NCBI RefSeq assembly: GCF_001194135.2
Contig: NC_069008.1
Location: forward strand, 8,638,793 to 8,683,623
Reading direction: 5' to 3'
DNA: 44,831 nt
Source: Octopus bimaculoides
Taxonomy: Eukaryota
Shown: positions 21,598 through 34,336 of the stretch, in pieces
Layout: each line of letters begins with the position of its first letter
How positions within the stretch are numbered: the stretch's first letter is position 1
Position numbers and translations under genes: made by a program
The notes under the pieces: model-generated
Seen by the model: only the letters and a program-made list of their open reading frames with translations
What the model was told of the DNA's origin: nothing
The model's database searches: none

Positions 21598-22577
21598 TAT
21601 GCATGTATATATATATATATATATATATATATGCCTCACGCTTCGAGGGACTAAATAAGTCAAAAACTACCAAAAAATAAGCAACATATTTACCGAAAGC
21701 GAGGGAATGCAGCTTATATATATATATAAGGGTATACCAGGCACATGCATCACAATCATGTCCACAACATGAAGATTTCATATCAAAATAAACACACACA
21801 CACACACACACACATTTACACTGTACTTTTCCAGTTTTGCATGTTACTTGGTGACCTCACAAGTGCTGGTGGAACATAAAAAGCACCAAGTATACATTGT
21901 AAAGAGGGCAATGTTAGAAAGAGCATCCAGCCTTAGAAACTATGCCAAAGTTGACAATGGAGCTTGACATAACCCAGCAGCTTGCTGGATCCTGTCAAAC
22001 CATCCAACCCACGCCAGCAGAATATGGATGCTAAATAATGATGAGTGTATATANNNNNNNNNNNNNNNNNNNNNNNNNNNNNNNNNNNNNNNNNNNNNNN
22101 NNNNNNNNNNNNNNNNNNNNNNNNNNNNNNNNNNNNNNNNNNNNNNNNNNNNNNNNNNNNNNNNNNNNNNNNNNNNNNNNNNNNNNNNNNNNNNNNNNNN
22201 NNNNNNNNNNNNNNNNNNNNNNNNNNNNNNNNNNNNNNNNNNNNNNNNNNNNNNNNNNNNNNNNNNNNNNNNNNNNNNNNNNNNNNNNNNNNNNNNNNNN
22301 NNNNNNNNNNNNNNNNNNNNNNNNNNNNNNNNNNNNNNNNNNNNNNNNNNNNNNNNNNNNNNNNNNNNNNNNNNNNNNNNNNNNNNNNNNNNNNNNNNNN
22401 NNNNNNNNNNNNNNNNNNNNNNNNNNNNNNNNNNNNNNNNNNNNNNNNNNNNNNNNNNNNNNNNNNNNNNNNNNNNNNNNNNNNNNNNNNNNNNNNNNNN
22501 NNNNNNNNNNNNNNNNNNNNNNNNNNNNNNNNNNNNNNNNNNNNNNNNNNNNNNNNNNNNNNNNNNNNNNNNNNNNN

Positions 22578-22631
<54 letters not shown>

Positions 22632-23182
22632 TTGCTGTCCCTTTATAATAGGCAAAGCCAATGTGACACCTGGAATTTGAATTTTAGCTGTTATATTTAT
22701 AAGAGATTGAACAACTGTTAATTGTCAGCTTTTACTTGAATATGTATCATTATTATTATTATTATTATTATTGAGTGAGATGGCAGGGCATTCCATCAAA
22801 GTGACACTGGGGTACAACTATACAAAGCCCAATATACCCACTGTGATTGACCGTCTGATTAGGGTACACCAGGCACATGCATCACAATCATATGGTGATC
22901 TCATATCAAGATAAACAGTGCATGACCTTGCAGGTGGGGCCCAGTTAGAATCTTTTTTTTTTTTCAGGTCGAGTAGCACATCCTACTCAAAAAGTCCCTT
23001 AATAAAGTCTAAGGAGATTGAATGAAACACCCATGTTTCCACAAGTGAATTATTCAAACCCCACAGAATTCGTCCCAACACATGCCTATGATGCTCCCCA
23101 CTACCTCTGCACATCATCTGAGATGCACATATTGTTGGCCACTAAGGGACATGCTCAACTGGTTGAGGTCAAACAACTGACA

Positions 23183-23455
23183 AGCAAATCTGTGGTACTG
23201 AGCAGAATATTTGTTGTAGCCCATCTTTTTATACAAAGACAAAACATGTACATGATAACACTTGCAATCAGTTAAGATCAGAAGCCATGAGAGCCACTGC
23301 CTGGGACTGCATCAGGGCATTAGCAAATCTGTGGTATTGAGCAGAATATTTGCTGTAGGCCATCTTTTTATACCAAGACAAAACATGTACATGATAACAC
23401 TTGCAATCAGTTAAAATCAAAAGCCATAAGAACCACTGCCTGGCACTGCATCAGA
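23183..23455. repeat. Direct tandem duplication, period 139 bp, two diverged copies
   Basis: AGCAAATCTGTGGTA...GCCACTGCCTGG.ACTGCATCAG starts at 23183 and again at 23322. Confidence 0.9.
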
Positions 23456-23950
23456 GTGGTGGACAAGGCTGAAAGGCATGAGGACAGATACATTCCCCTT
23501 TGGTAGAGCTCTCATTGACTTCTTCAAGTTTTACTTGAAAAGGAAATTGAGAGTGGAGAGGGAAGTGCTGTCCTCAAGTGAGTTTATTGAAAGGTGGGTG
23601 AAAGTTGCAAAAATGGCAAGAGTGGATGGTACCTCACTAAGTGTAGACCTGTGAGTCGGAGAGAAGGAATTGGAGAGGGTACTTGCTCCTGGGGTTTCAG
23701 GGAAATCTTGGATAGTGGGGTTCTTCGATTATCCCTAGAGGCCTTCCTGTATCAGGAGGGCCACATCTCTATCATCCTCCCTGCCACTTTTTTATAACTT
23801 TTGTATGCCAAGCATATGACCCTTCTTTTTCAGTGTACACCATGTATACCTACTCTCTTTTTTTTTTTATTTTATCATTTCATTATATGTAAACCCCCAC
23901 ACTTTATGTCCCCTTCATCCTTTGCCCTTGTGGCAAATAAATGAAATTAT
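23455..23950 (+). mobile_element. Second, shorter 3' copy of the same Tx1/L1-like LINE
   Basis: DFFKFYLKRKLRVEREVLSSSEFIERWVKVAKM is homologous to 16012-16150(-); ends in AATAAA-(ATT)n. Confidence 0.7.
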
Positions 23951-23952
23951 TA

Positions 23953-23985
<33 letters not shown>

Positions 23986-23986
23986 T

Positions 23987-24203
23987 AAGGCAGCGAGCTG
24001 GCAGAGACGTTAGCATGTCAGGCAAAATGCTTAGCAGTACTTTGCCCATCTTTATGTTCTGAGTTCAAATTCCACCAAGGTTGACCTTACCTTTCATCTT
24101 TTTGGGGTTGATAAATTAAGTACCAGTTGAATACTGGGGTCGATGTAATCGACTATTCCCCTCCCGCAAATTTCAGGCCTTGTGCCTATAGTAGAAAGGA
24201 TTA
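23987..24203 (+). mobile_element. tRNA-derived SINE family B; further copies at ~8625-8812(+), 13515-13710(-), 15500-15735(-), 24228-24340(+), 35580-35793(-), 36435-36655(-), 44535-44660(-)
   Basis: Head AAGGCAGCGAGCTGGCAGA...GTTAGCA, GAGTTCAAATTC B-box, CTTTCATCCTT..GGGGTCGAT body, and an (ATT)n tail. Confidence 0.8.
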
Positions 24204-25304
24204 TTATTATTATTATTATTATTATTAAGGGTAGCTGGAAGAATCATTAGCACAGCAGACAAAGTGCATAGTGGCATTTCATACATCTTTACATTCCAAG
24301 TTCAAATTCTGCCCAGATTCACTTTACCTTTTCATCCTTTCAGAGAGAAAAAAAGTCCATGCTATTTTACCCTTTCAATAACTTGTCTAGAAGTGCAAAT
24401 TGACATGAAGTAACTTTAGATTAAGGAGTGGAACATAGCATTTCCTGTAATTCAGGCACCTCATGGTCCCAGGAGACAAAAGGGAAAAGGCATCACCCAA
24501 GGGGATGGCAAAGGGGATGATGCACTGAAACAGCCACTTTGACTCACTTTGACTCACAGGGCTTGTACAAGTTATCTTTTACTTGCCTAAGTCAGTGGAC
24601 CGTGGCCATGCTGGGGCATCGCCTTGAGGGGTTTTAGCTGAACAGGTTGTCCTAGTACTAATTTTTTGAAGTCTGGTGTTTTTTCTGTGAGTCTCTTGCT
24701 AAACTGCTATTGTTATGGGGATGTAAACAAACCAATACCAAATGATAGAGGAGCAAACACAGGTACAAATACACATCATCATCTGTCCACTTTTCCATAT
24801 TTACATGGATCAGACATAGAATATTCAACGCAGATTCTCCACAGCTGGATACTCTTCCTGTTGCCAGTCCTCAATGTTTCCAAGCAGCATAATGTTTCCC
24901 CATGGCCAGACATGTTTCTTGAAGAAGATTGGAAATGAATGAGTTTACCTGTAAGACAGTGACAATCATTTACAACTGTCATGCCATGCCAAAACAAGAA
25001 GATACATACACATACACACACATTTGTACGTATATATGTAAGACAGGCTTCCACAGAGTTTCTGTCTACCTAATTCACTCATATGGAAATGGTTGACTCA
25101 GTTTTCTACTATAGCAGAAGACACTTGCCCAAGATGTCACACAGTGGGATTGAACCCAAAGCCATGTGGTTGCAAAGTGAAATTCTTAATCACACAGCCA
25201 TGCCTGTGTATATTTTATTGATCTGCTCTACTCTCAATATTGCTTCCATCTTATCTTTGTGTGGGGAATTCTGTACAGTATGTAGATATTGTCCATTAAT
25301 GTGT

Positions 25305-25830
25305 ACAGGCATGGCTGTGTGATAAGTAGCTTACTTACCAACCACATGGTTCTCGGTTCAGTCCCACTGCGTGGCACCTTGGGTAAGTGTCTTCTACAAT
25401 AGCCTTAGGCCAACCAAAGCCTTGTGAGTGGATTTGGTAGACGGAAACTGAAAGAAGCCCGTCATATGCGTGTGTGTGTGTGTGTGTGTGAAACGGAAAG
25501 AGGCCATCATATATATNNNNNNNNNNNNNNNNNNNNNNNNNNNNNNNNNNNNNNNNNNNNNNNNNNNNNNNNNNNNNNNNNNNNNNNNNNNNNNNNNNNN
25601 NNNNNNNNNNNNNNNNNNNNNNNNNNNNNNNNNNNNNNNNNNNNNNNNNNNNNNNNNNNNNNNNNNNNGCTCTCTTTATCTTTTTATATATTTATACATA
25701 CACCCGCTAATACACGACTTATAATCCCCAATCCTGTTCATACAACGACTGGGGCATAACTAGTCGGTATACAGCACTTACTCTGTATTACCTGTATCTT
25801 TGGGTTTGGTTAAATCCAATACCCTCCTCA

Positions 25831-25868
<38 letters not shown>

Positions 25869-26205
25869 CAGAGAGAGGCCATAGGCCATCGGGTTTAGGG
25901 TCTAAAGAAACACTATAAAGCTAAGCACTTTATGGACGTGAAAACCAGGGCAACCGCATGGACTGGCCCTATCTATTTTTATATATGTATTATCTCTGTG
26001 TGTATGTCGTTGTTTGTCCCCTAGCACCGCTTGATAACTGGAGCTGATGTGTTTACATCCCCATAACTTAGCAGTTCAGCAAAGAGTTTGATAGAATAAG
26101 TACCAGGCTTCAAAAGAAATTAAGTACTGTGGTTGACTAAAACATTTTTCAAGGCAGTGCTCCACCATGGCCACAGATTAATGATTGAAACAAGTAAAAG
26201 ATAAG
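25305..26205 (+). mobile_element. SINE family A copy, head and tail separated by a gap and inserted sequence; other partial or full copies at ~7948-8101(-), 13811-13955(+), 14445-14610(+), 25040-25208(-), 33700-33980(+), 35021-35170(+), 36160-36300(-), 38330-38635(-), 38772-39140(+), 44220-44420(-), 44670-44831
   Basis: Recurrent head, GCCTTGTGAGTGGATTTGGTAGA core and tail motifs. Confidence 0.7.
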
Positions 26206-26589
26206 GGATAATGTAGTGTAATGCAATGCATAGTTTTTCTTGTTGTAAGTACATAGTGAGTTGACAGGAGAGAGTTGTATATGTGTGGCCACAATAATGA
26301 GTAATGTCATTGTGTTTATAACTTGCATGTTGGCAGTAGAATTGCTTAAAAATCACAGTTCTGAAAAGTACACTCATATATTGCTTTGGATTTCAATATT
26401 CAAAATTATTACAAATGAAAGAAACAATAACAATAGCAAATATAATATAATAATAATAATTAGTAGTAATAATATTAATAGTAAAAATCATAATAATAAT
26501 AATAAGTGATAACAACAACAACAATTAAAAAGGAGAGTCTAAAATTGTTTTTACTTTTTTTTATATATTGCTGTTTTTTTAATATTGAG

Positions 26590-26662
26590 ATATGTGCACA
26601 TGCACACACACACATATACATACATATATAGATATATATATATACACACATATACAAACACA

Positions 26663-26738
<76 letters not shown>

Positions 26739-26850
26739 CACATACATACATATGTACATATACATACACACACACACACACACATATATATATACACACA
26801 TACACACCTGCACACATACATAACATAGATAATGTGTACACAACTATATA
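26590..26850. repeat. Compound (CA)n/(TA)n low-complexity tract; similar tracts at ~27370-27690, 28665-29200, 30000-30370, 43780-44030
   Basis: Seen directly. These tracts produce the spurious HT/YI/CV ORFs. Confidence 0.97.
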
Positions 26851-27439
26851 TATGTGTTTAATATCTGTGTGTGTCCAGAATGTACTGCTTAAAAAAAGAC
26901 CACTCTTCAATGAAGAACTCAATATCCAAAAGTCCAATGGAATAAAAACCCCAACTTAAGCATTCCGGTCATGACAGAGATGACTTAGTTTCTTAAATGG
27001 GTAACAATTTGCATCAAATCATCAGAGAAGTTATCATTATTTTGTTGACAGATTTTTCAGTAAATCCAGCAAAGAAACATTTTATCACAAGACATCAAAA
27101 TTCATGTTTGAAAAACTTTGATTAACCCTTCTTGGAAACAAAGATATCTCTGTTGTATGTATGTATATGGTGTGTGTGTGTGTGTATATATATATACATT
27201 ATCTGAAGTGTGCGGTATTATATATCCATCATGGCTGATATTACCAATCAGTTTCACACAAGGGGTACCATGGAGTGTTAGGTAACAATCCAATTATATA
27301 ACCCTATGCTCATTAGAGGCAGCCGATATGGAATGAAATATGACGACCTATGGACTTTTAGATGACTTACATACATATATATATATATATATATATACAA
27401 ACACATACACATATACTTACATACATGCATATGTATGTA

Positions 27440-27474
<35 letters not shown>

Positions 27475-27839
27475 GTACTCACACACAAACATGCATATAT
27501 ATATGTATATGCATATAAATATTTGCATCTGCTTGCATGAAAACATAAATTTAAGAATACATATGTATGTATGTATATATACATATATATATATATACAT
27601 GTGTTAGTGATCAATAAAGATTCTCGTATATTCCATCTTCTAGACATACATACATATACCTCAGTGTGTGTGTATGTCTGTGTGTGTGTGTTTATCCAGA
27701 ATCTGGGTGTTACGAGAGTAGTGGCAGTCTAAAGCAGTGAAAGTTGTACAAATGTGTAAAGCTTAAAATTTCTGAAGTCTGTAACCTGTTGAGACATTTT
27801 ATACTAATATAGGTGCACACACACACACACATACACACA

Positions 27840-27877
<38 letters not shown>

Positions 27878-28271
27878 AGACATTAATATTTATAATATTT
27901 ATTCTAAAAACTGATAAAAATATAAGTAAAATCGATACCTTACAAGAGATATCTGAATGAATGGTGTTATCTTTGCTTTGTTCAAATCCTACTCCACTCA
28001 ATTTGCTATTATCTATGGCCACTGGCTGAATGCCTCTATGAAAATGCTTTTTGTTTGTTTATATTTTATTCTGGTTTAGTTATTTAATTTTTATCTTAAT
28101 ATTACTCTGTTTATATGTGTGTGTGTGTGTGTGTGCGCCTTTGCTCCAGGTATCCAAGTGTGGACTTGCAAGCTGGCATCTCAGATTCCACAATCTATGT
28201 GTATGCGTGACTCTCCCTATATTTGTGTGTATATACGTAAGCATAGCCTCCAATGTGTGTGTGAGTAAACA

Positions 28272-28306
<35 letters not shown>

Positions 28307-29260
28307 TGACTCATATACATGATTATTGCTGTTGACATGATTTTTGTAGCACTTACTAACATTGCCCACCAGAACACTCCCCTCTCTACCTCTCCACATT
28401 AAATCGCTTGTTCCTTCCTTATCCCTCTAATTCTTTCCCCCACCTCACCCTCAACCAAATATTCTTCCTGCCACTCGCTTCCACTACTTTTCTCTCAACA
28501 ACCATTTCCCTTCCATGTGGGCACAACATCGGTTCTCTCTCATACATTTCCTGTCATTCTCCACAATGTCCAAGCTATCATGGACTAAGGAAAACATTTT
28601 TTTCTCCATCTCCCTAAAAAAGAACTTTGTTTAAAATATCAGAAATTCAACTCTCAACCTCAGATGAACACACACACACACACTCATATATACATATATA
28701 TGTATATGTACACATACATATACAAACATATGTATACACATACCATATATACACACACATATATAAACATGTATACATACACACATATATATATATACAT
28801 GCATATATATACATATATATATATAATTATATATTTAAATACCTATGTATATATATAAANNNNNNNNNNNNNNNNNNNNNNNNNNNNNNNNNNNNNNNNN
28901 NNNNNNNNNNNNNNNNNNNNNNNNNNNNNNNNNNNNNNNNNNNNNNNNNNNNNNNNNNNNNNNNNNNNNNNNNNNNNNNNNNNNNNNNNNNNNNNNNNNN
29001 NNNNNNNNNNNNNNNNNNNNNNNNNNNNNNNNNNNNNNNNNNNNNNNNNNNNNNNNNNNNNNNNNNNNNNNNNNNNNNNNNNNNNNNNNNNNNNATATAT
29101 ATATATAATTATATATTTAAATATCTATATTTAATTATATATTTAAATATCTATGTATGTATATGTGTGTGTGTGTGTGTGTATATATATAATTGTATGT
29201 AAACATGTATAAATTTCTCCAAACAAGTCTTTGTTATTGCTTTGGCTCTCTGTTACAGTT

Positions 29261-29266
29261 TTTATT
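29261..29266 (-). promoter_or_regulatory. Candidate polyadenylation signal (AATAAA) of the CoA-transferase gene
   Basis: TTTATT on plus = AATAAA on minus, ~58 nt after the stop; a second copy lies at ~29270-29275. The region is AT-rich, so this could be chance. Confidence 0.4.
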
Positions 29267-29323
29267 TTTTTTATTATTTGTCATTTTTTGTTTTTGTTTT
29301 CGCTAAATGTCTTTTAAACTATT

Positions 29324-29508
29324 TTAAGGAACAGGCATTGTCTTCAGTCGTTCAAATGCTGCCTTCTCCAGCTTTTCACGGTGGTCAGGGTGAGCAATCT
29401 GGATGAGGTGATAGGCTCGTTGCCTTAATGTCTTGCCAAACAGGAAGGCTATGCCCCACTCAGTGACCACATAGTGGACATGGGCTCGGGACGTGACAAC
29501 ACCACCAC
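29324..29508 (-). CDS. CoA-transferase terminal coding exon F with TAA stop, not in ORF track
   Basis: gtttcag|GTGGTGGT...CCTTAA. Hand translation GGVVTSRAHVHYVVTEWGIAFLFGKTLRQRAYHLIQIAHPDHREKLEKAAFERLKTMPVP* carries the VVTE(Y/W)G and IAHPD.RE family motifs. Stop at 29324-29326. Confidence 0.95.
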
Positions 29509-30094
29509 CTGAAACAAGAACAAAAAAAAAAAGAATTAATTAAAACAAAATAGATTTAACCCTTTTTCAGAGAAAATCAGATATATTTACTCAAAATTTT
29601 AAAGTAGTTTTATATAACAATCTACCTTGATCATGTTTGCTTAATATGGTATGTTTGAAACTATTTTCTGTTAAGATATGTCAAGTTTATTGGGGCACTG
29701 TGACTTACAGAAACTACCAATCCTATTTTTGGTAGATATTTCACATGAATTCTGGAATTATTGCAAAATGCAGATATCTATATCCACACAAAATTTCATT
29801 ACCCTTCACCGTGGAAAGCAGTTTTATGTATGAAGCTGTTTTTCGTTGAGGAATGTCATGTTTAATAAGGCAAAGTGACTCGTTGAAAACAGGAATTATT
29901 ACTTGGAAGATATTTAATAGCATTACTGGAATAGTCAGGAAATTTAATTTTGCAGTGAAAAGGTTAGATGACAAGATATGATATATTCAGTTAAGTACAT
30001 ATATATGTATGTGTGTGTATACATGCAATTTTGTATGTGTATATAAGCTTGTGTGTGTGTGTATGTATGTATTTGGGTGTGTATAAGGGTGTGC

Positions 30095-30128
<34 letters not shown>

Positions 30129-30728
30129 AGTCATGTGTGTGCAAGATTTTTTTGTTATATGTGTGTATCTGCATATTTATTTGTGTGTGTTTATGTGTGT
30201 TTGTGTATATGTGTGTGTATGTATGTGCATGCATGCATATTGTGTGTGTGTGTGTGTGTGTGTGTAGATTTGGTTAAGAATTTGCTTGTTTATGTGTGTG
30301 TGTGTTTGCTTGTATTTGTGCAATCCAGTATGTGTGTTACACGTGTGTTTGCATGTTTGAATATGCATGTTTGTATAGGGGTAAAGCTTGAAAAGAAGCT
30401 GTGAAGGGGTGGAAAGGACAGGACCTTGTGGTAGAATGAAACAGCAAGGTTTGCAAGGTTTACAAATTTCATCTTGACCTCACCATGTTGGCTGCCCCAG
30501 TTAATCAAAATATGTGGAGAGAAAAGCAGAACATGTCCAGACTGCAACACTACACCACATACCATTAACCAATGACTAACTGAACTTCTAACATGGTCCC
30601 CAACAGTGAGATATAATGCAATCAAAACCATGGGTCTATGGTTCACACCAAGTTATTCAGGCCACCTACAAACATGCCACAAGTCAAATGGAGCAAGGCT
30701 GGCCCAAAGATACATCAACATCATTTCA

Positions 30729-31333
30729 CCCTTTAGTATTTAAACCATCCATATCCAAACATATGTTGAAACCAGCCAGATCCTGCTTCTCACACCTACC
30801 CTTCAATGTTTGTCTAAAATATATAGTCATGTCATTGAAATCTCAAAGCTACAAGATAATGTATGATTAATTCAAAACAATGTGAATAAATAAGATTTGC
30901 ATTCAACAGCATAATCTGAATGCTAAAGGGTTAAAATGGCCGTATCTGGCCTAAATATTATACGTTTCATGTTGACAGCTCTCAGATGCAATATAAGCTA
31001 CAATGTCCTTCTAAAATTAAGCAATCACATCACAAAAATTGCAAAACTATGAGGTAATGCATGGTTAATTCAAAATAATTAGGATAAATAAGCATTACAG
31101 TTGATTGAACTTGAATGCTAAAGGATTAAACTGGCAGCATCCTTCCCAAATAATCTATTTATTTCATGTTCAAACCAGCCTGATCCAGCCTCTCATGCCA
31201 ACCCTACAATATCATTTTCAAAATTAAGCAACCACCTCATCGAAATCGCAAAGCTGAGATAATGCATGATTAATTCAAAACAATATGAATGACTATGCAC
31301 TACATTTGACAGAGTAATTTGAATGTTAAAGGG
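30729..31333. mobile_element. piggyBac-like MITE (202 bp) followed by two tandem partial copies
   Basis: CCCTTTAGTATT...AATGCTAAAGGG|TTAA at 30729-30934. The units ending ~31125 and 31333 repeat the body and right TIR. Confidence 0.75.
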
Positions 31334-31921
31334 TTATTGCTCATGTTACATGCTAGCACAGGTTGTGGAGGTGCGTAGCTTAGTGGTTAGGGTTGTTGGA
31401 CTCATGATCATAAGATTGTGGTTTCAATTCCTGGACTGGGCAACATGTTGTGTTCTTGACCAAAACACTTCATTTCACATTGTTCCAATCCACTCAGCTG
31501 GCAAAAATGAGTAATCCTGCCAGGGACCAGCATCCCTTCCAGGTGGGGAATTTATACACCATGGAAACTGGAAAACCAGCCCTTAAGAGTCAGCAAGACT
31601 TGAGAAGGTAACTTTAACTTTTAAGTAGCATGGGTTGCCTGGTTTGACAGGATTGATGGACCCAAGGACTGCATCGCACTGCAGGGTCTTCCATGGCTTG
31701 ATGCCTTTCCAAATGCCAATCCACCAGCCCGACAGTTTGCAAGACTACAAACCCCCCGGCGGGCAACTACATACTAGGAAATGAGGGGCACAAGATGGGT
31801 AAAAGTATGAGAACAGGGGACAGAGAAGAAGTGACTTGTTGCTGCAGAGGAGCTACTTGACAATACAACAGTGAAATCAACAACAAAGAGAGAAACAAAG
31901 ACAGAGAAAAGGTTTGCTTAC

Positions 31922-32050
31922 CTGGTTTAATGGTGGGAATGATTTTTGAGTCTCCTTTTTTGGTAGTTGAGGCCAGAGCAATAATGGGTTTACCCAGGCC
32001 ATCTTTGCTGAGGGCAGCTCCTCGAATGAAGTCTATCTGACCACCAAAAC
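31922..32050 (-). CDS. CoA-transferase exon E (129 nt), not in ORF track
   Basis: tgtctag|GTTTTGGT...AAACCAG|gtaagc. Hand translation FGGQIDFIRGAALSKDGLGKPIIALASTTKKGDSKIIPTIKP(G) completes the GxGGQxDF signature. Confidence 0.95.
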
Positions 32051-32189
32051 CTAGACATCAGAGAGAGAGAGAGAAATACTGTCAGAGATGTTTTAGAGGA
32101 AAAGACATGAAGGGGATGCTGTATATATAAATATGTGCATGTACATGTGTGTGTGTGTTTTCTCCATGTCTAAGGACCACAAGCACAAG

Positions 32190-32590
32190 AACTTGTACCA
32201 AACTTTGGTATTGAAAGTTACACAAACAGCAGAGAAGGGTGTCACTGCATAGTACCAAAAATCTCAACATTGTCATCAGGATACAGGACCAGATATTGCA
32301 ACAGCTTGGGCTTCAAGAGTCCACAGTCCTAATGTCCTCCCAAAACGCCTGAGATACTTATATGGGATGGATGTAGGCATTTTCAAAACAAAACTGGATC
32401 CTCTCCTATCAAGAGTTCTGGATGGACATGTCCTGTGGCAAAAAATACAGATGAGGGCAGCAACACCAAACTCCCTCATTCACCAAGTGCCACATATCAG
32501 GGGAGGTTTCAAGTTGTGAAAGTGTATCAAAGCGAATGGCAGTTCCACAACATGACTACAGCTCTCAAGCTGGAACTAGTAAAGAAATAA
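32190..32590 (+). mobile_element. CR1/Jockey-type LINE 3' remnant
   Basis: Frameshifted CNSLGF..P...LPKRLRYLYGMDVGIFKTKLDPLLSRVLD...QMRAATPNSLIHQ, resembling a CR1-type C-terminus. Confidence 0.55.
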
Positions 32591-32595
32591 AAATT

Positions 32596-32646
<51 letters not shown>

Positions 32647-33383
32647 CATAAAATAACGAAGGTGGCTAGATGCAATATAAGACCAAAACGGAAGAATTCA
32701 ACTGTCACTAATAGTGACTGGGGGTGAAGGGTAGCATCTACATTGCTAGAAACAAGAGTCAAAGACCTTTGTAGCCATAAAAAGCACATTCTGAGCGAGA
32801 TCACTATACAAGCNNNNNNNNNNNNNNNNNNNNNNNNNNNNNNNNNNNNNNNNNNNNNNNNNNNNNNNNNNNNNNNNNNNNNNNNNNNNNNNNNNNNNNN
32901 NNNNNNNNNNNNNNNNNNNNNNNNNNNNNNNNNNNNNNNNNNNNNNNNNNNNNNNNNNNNNNNNNNNNNNNNNNNNNNNNNNNNNNNNNNNNNNNNNNNN
33001 NNNNNNNNNNNNNNNNNNNNNNNNNNNNNNNNNNNNNNNNNNNNNNNNNNNNNNNNNNNNNNNNNNNNNNNNNNNNNNNNNNNNNNNNNNNNNNNNNNNN
33101 NNNNNNNNNNNNNNNNNNNNNNNNNNNNNNNNNNNNNNNNNNNNNNNNNNNNNNNNNNNNNNAATCTGGCCAGCCCCAAGGAAAAACTAAGCTAAGAGCA
33201 TTAGATTCCTTGGAAGAAAGCAGCGAATGTATACAAAAACAAGGACTAGCCCAAAAGCCATGCACCATTTTAGTGTATACATATATTAAATGGTAGCATT
33301 TTTGGGGACCAGCTTATATAATATAATTAAGTCATAGGAGTTTAACATATAAAGATATAAATTAATATCCTGTGAAATCTTAC

Positions 33384-33521
33384 CTGAGTATATGCGTGTC
33401 CCAATGGAGTCCGAACAGACCTGTCCAGTAAGGTCGACCTCAATGCAGGAGTTGATGGCAGTCACTCGTGGATTCTGACAGATGTTTGCTTCACTGTTTG
33501 TCCAAGCTACATCACACATCA
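33384..33521 (-). CDS. CoA-transferase exon D (138 nt)
   Basis: ttgcag|TGATGTGT...TACTCAG|gtaaga. Translation MCDVAWTNSEANICQNPRVTAINSCIEVDLTGQVCSDSIGTRIYS(G) carries the AINSxxEVDLTGQ motif. Confidence 0.96.
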
Positions 33522-34013
33522 CTGCAATTAGAAATAGTAGTACAGGTGTTATTGGTGGTGGTGGTAGTAGTAGTAGTAGTATTAGTGATGGTGAGGTAGT
33601 GGATTATACTGTACATGTTACTGCGCCTGTTGGTATAGTGATAGTGTGGTGAACTAACAATGGTTATAGCATCTTAGTGATGGTGAATTATATATGTGTG
33701 TGTATCCTTGTTTGTCCTCACCGCCACTTGACAACTGTAACTTAGCAGTTCAGCAAAAGAGGCCGATAGAATAAGTATAAAGTTTAGCAAAAATACATTA
33801 AGTACTGAGGTCAATTCATTCAATTAAAAATTCTTCAAGGCGGTGCTCCAACATGGCCACAGTCTAATGATTGAATCAAGTAAAAGATGAAAAGATTGTA
33901 ACAGAGTCCTGGGGTTGATTTGTTCGACTAAAGGCAGTGCTCCAGCATGGCCACAGTCAAATGACTGAAACAAATAAAAGAGTAAGTGTAAGATAAAAGA
34001 TCTTGTGCCTTAC

Positions 34014-34229
34014 CTACAAAGGGGTTATTGTCCAAGAAGTCGTAGAGTTTGCGAGTCCCCACAGTGAAGCTGCTTACAATTTTGCCAGGTTGTAGAACTT
34101 TGTTGGCATTGGTGATAGCACCGGTCTTGACTAGGTCAACGACACCATCACTGAACATCTCAGAATGAATACCTAAGTCCTTGTGGTTGCCCAATTGGGC
34201 CAGGACGGCATCAGGGATTGAACCAATAC
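34014..34229 (-). CDS. CoA-transferase exon C (216 nt), includes the presumed catalytic Glu (HSEM)
   Basis: ttccag|GTATTGGT...TTTGTAG|gtaagg. Translation IGSIPDAVLAQLGNHKDLGIHSEMFSDGVVDLVKTGAITNANKVLQPGKIVSSFTVGTRKLYDFLDNNPFV(V) carries the LQxGIGxIP and LGIHSE family motifs. Confidence 0.96.
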
Positions 34230-34295
34230 CTGGAAAATTAGAAGTGGACAAGACAAATGGTTAACAGTTTTTAATGTTTTGTGTATGTGTGCGTG

Positions 34296-34336
<41 letters not shown>

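Noticed and set aside
25740-25980. Short hairpins near CTAG/CTAT resembling Helitron 3' ends
   Set aside because: The stems are short and imperfect, and there is no link to the 20579-21597 Helitron remnant.
26475-30404. Numerous His-Thr, Tyr-Ile and Cys-Val repeat ORFs
   Set aside because: Translations of (CA)n and (TA)n microsatellites in all frames.
32640-33270. Possible mariner transposase fragment (LIVTGGE resembling IVTGDE)
   Set aside because: Only one weak motif, and most of the segment is an N-gap; too little to call.
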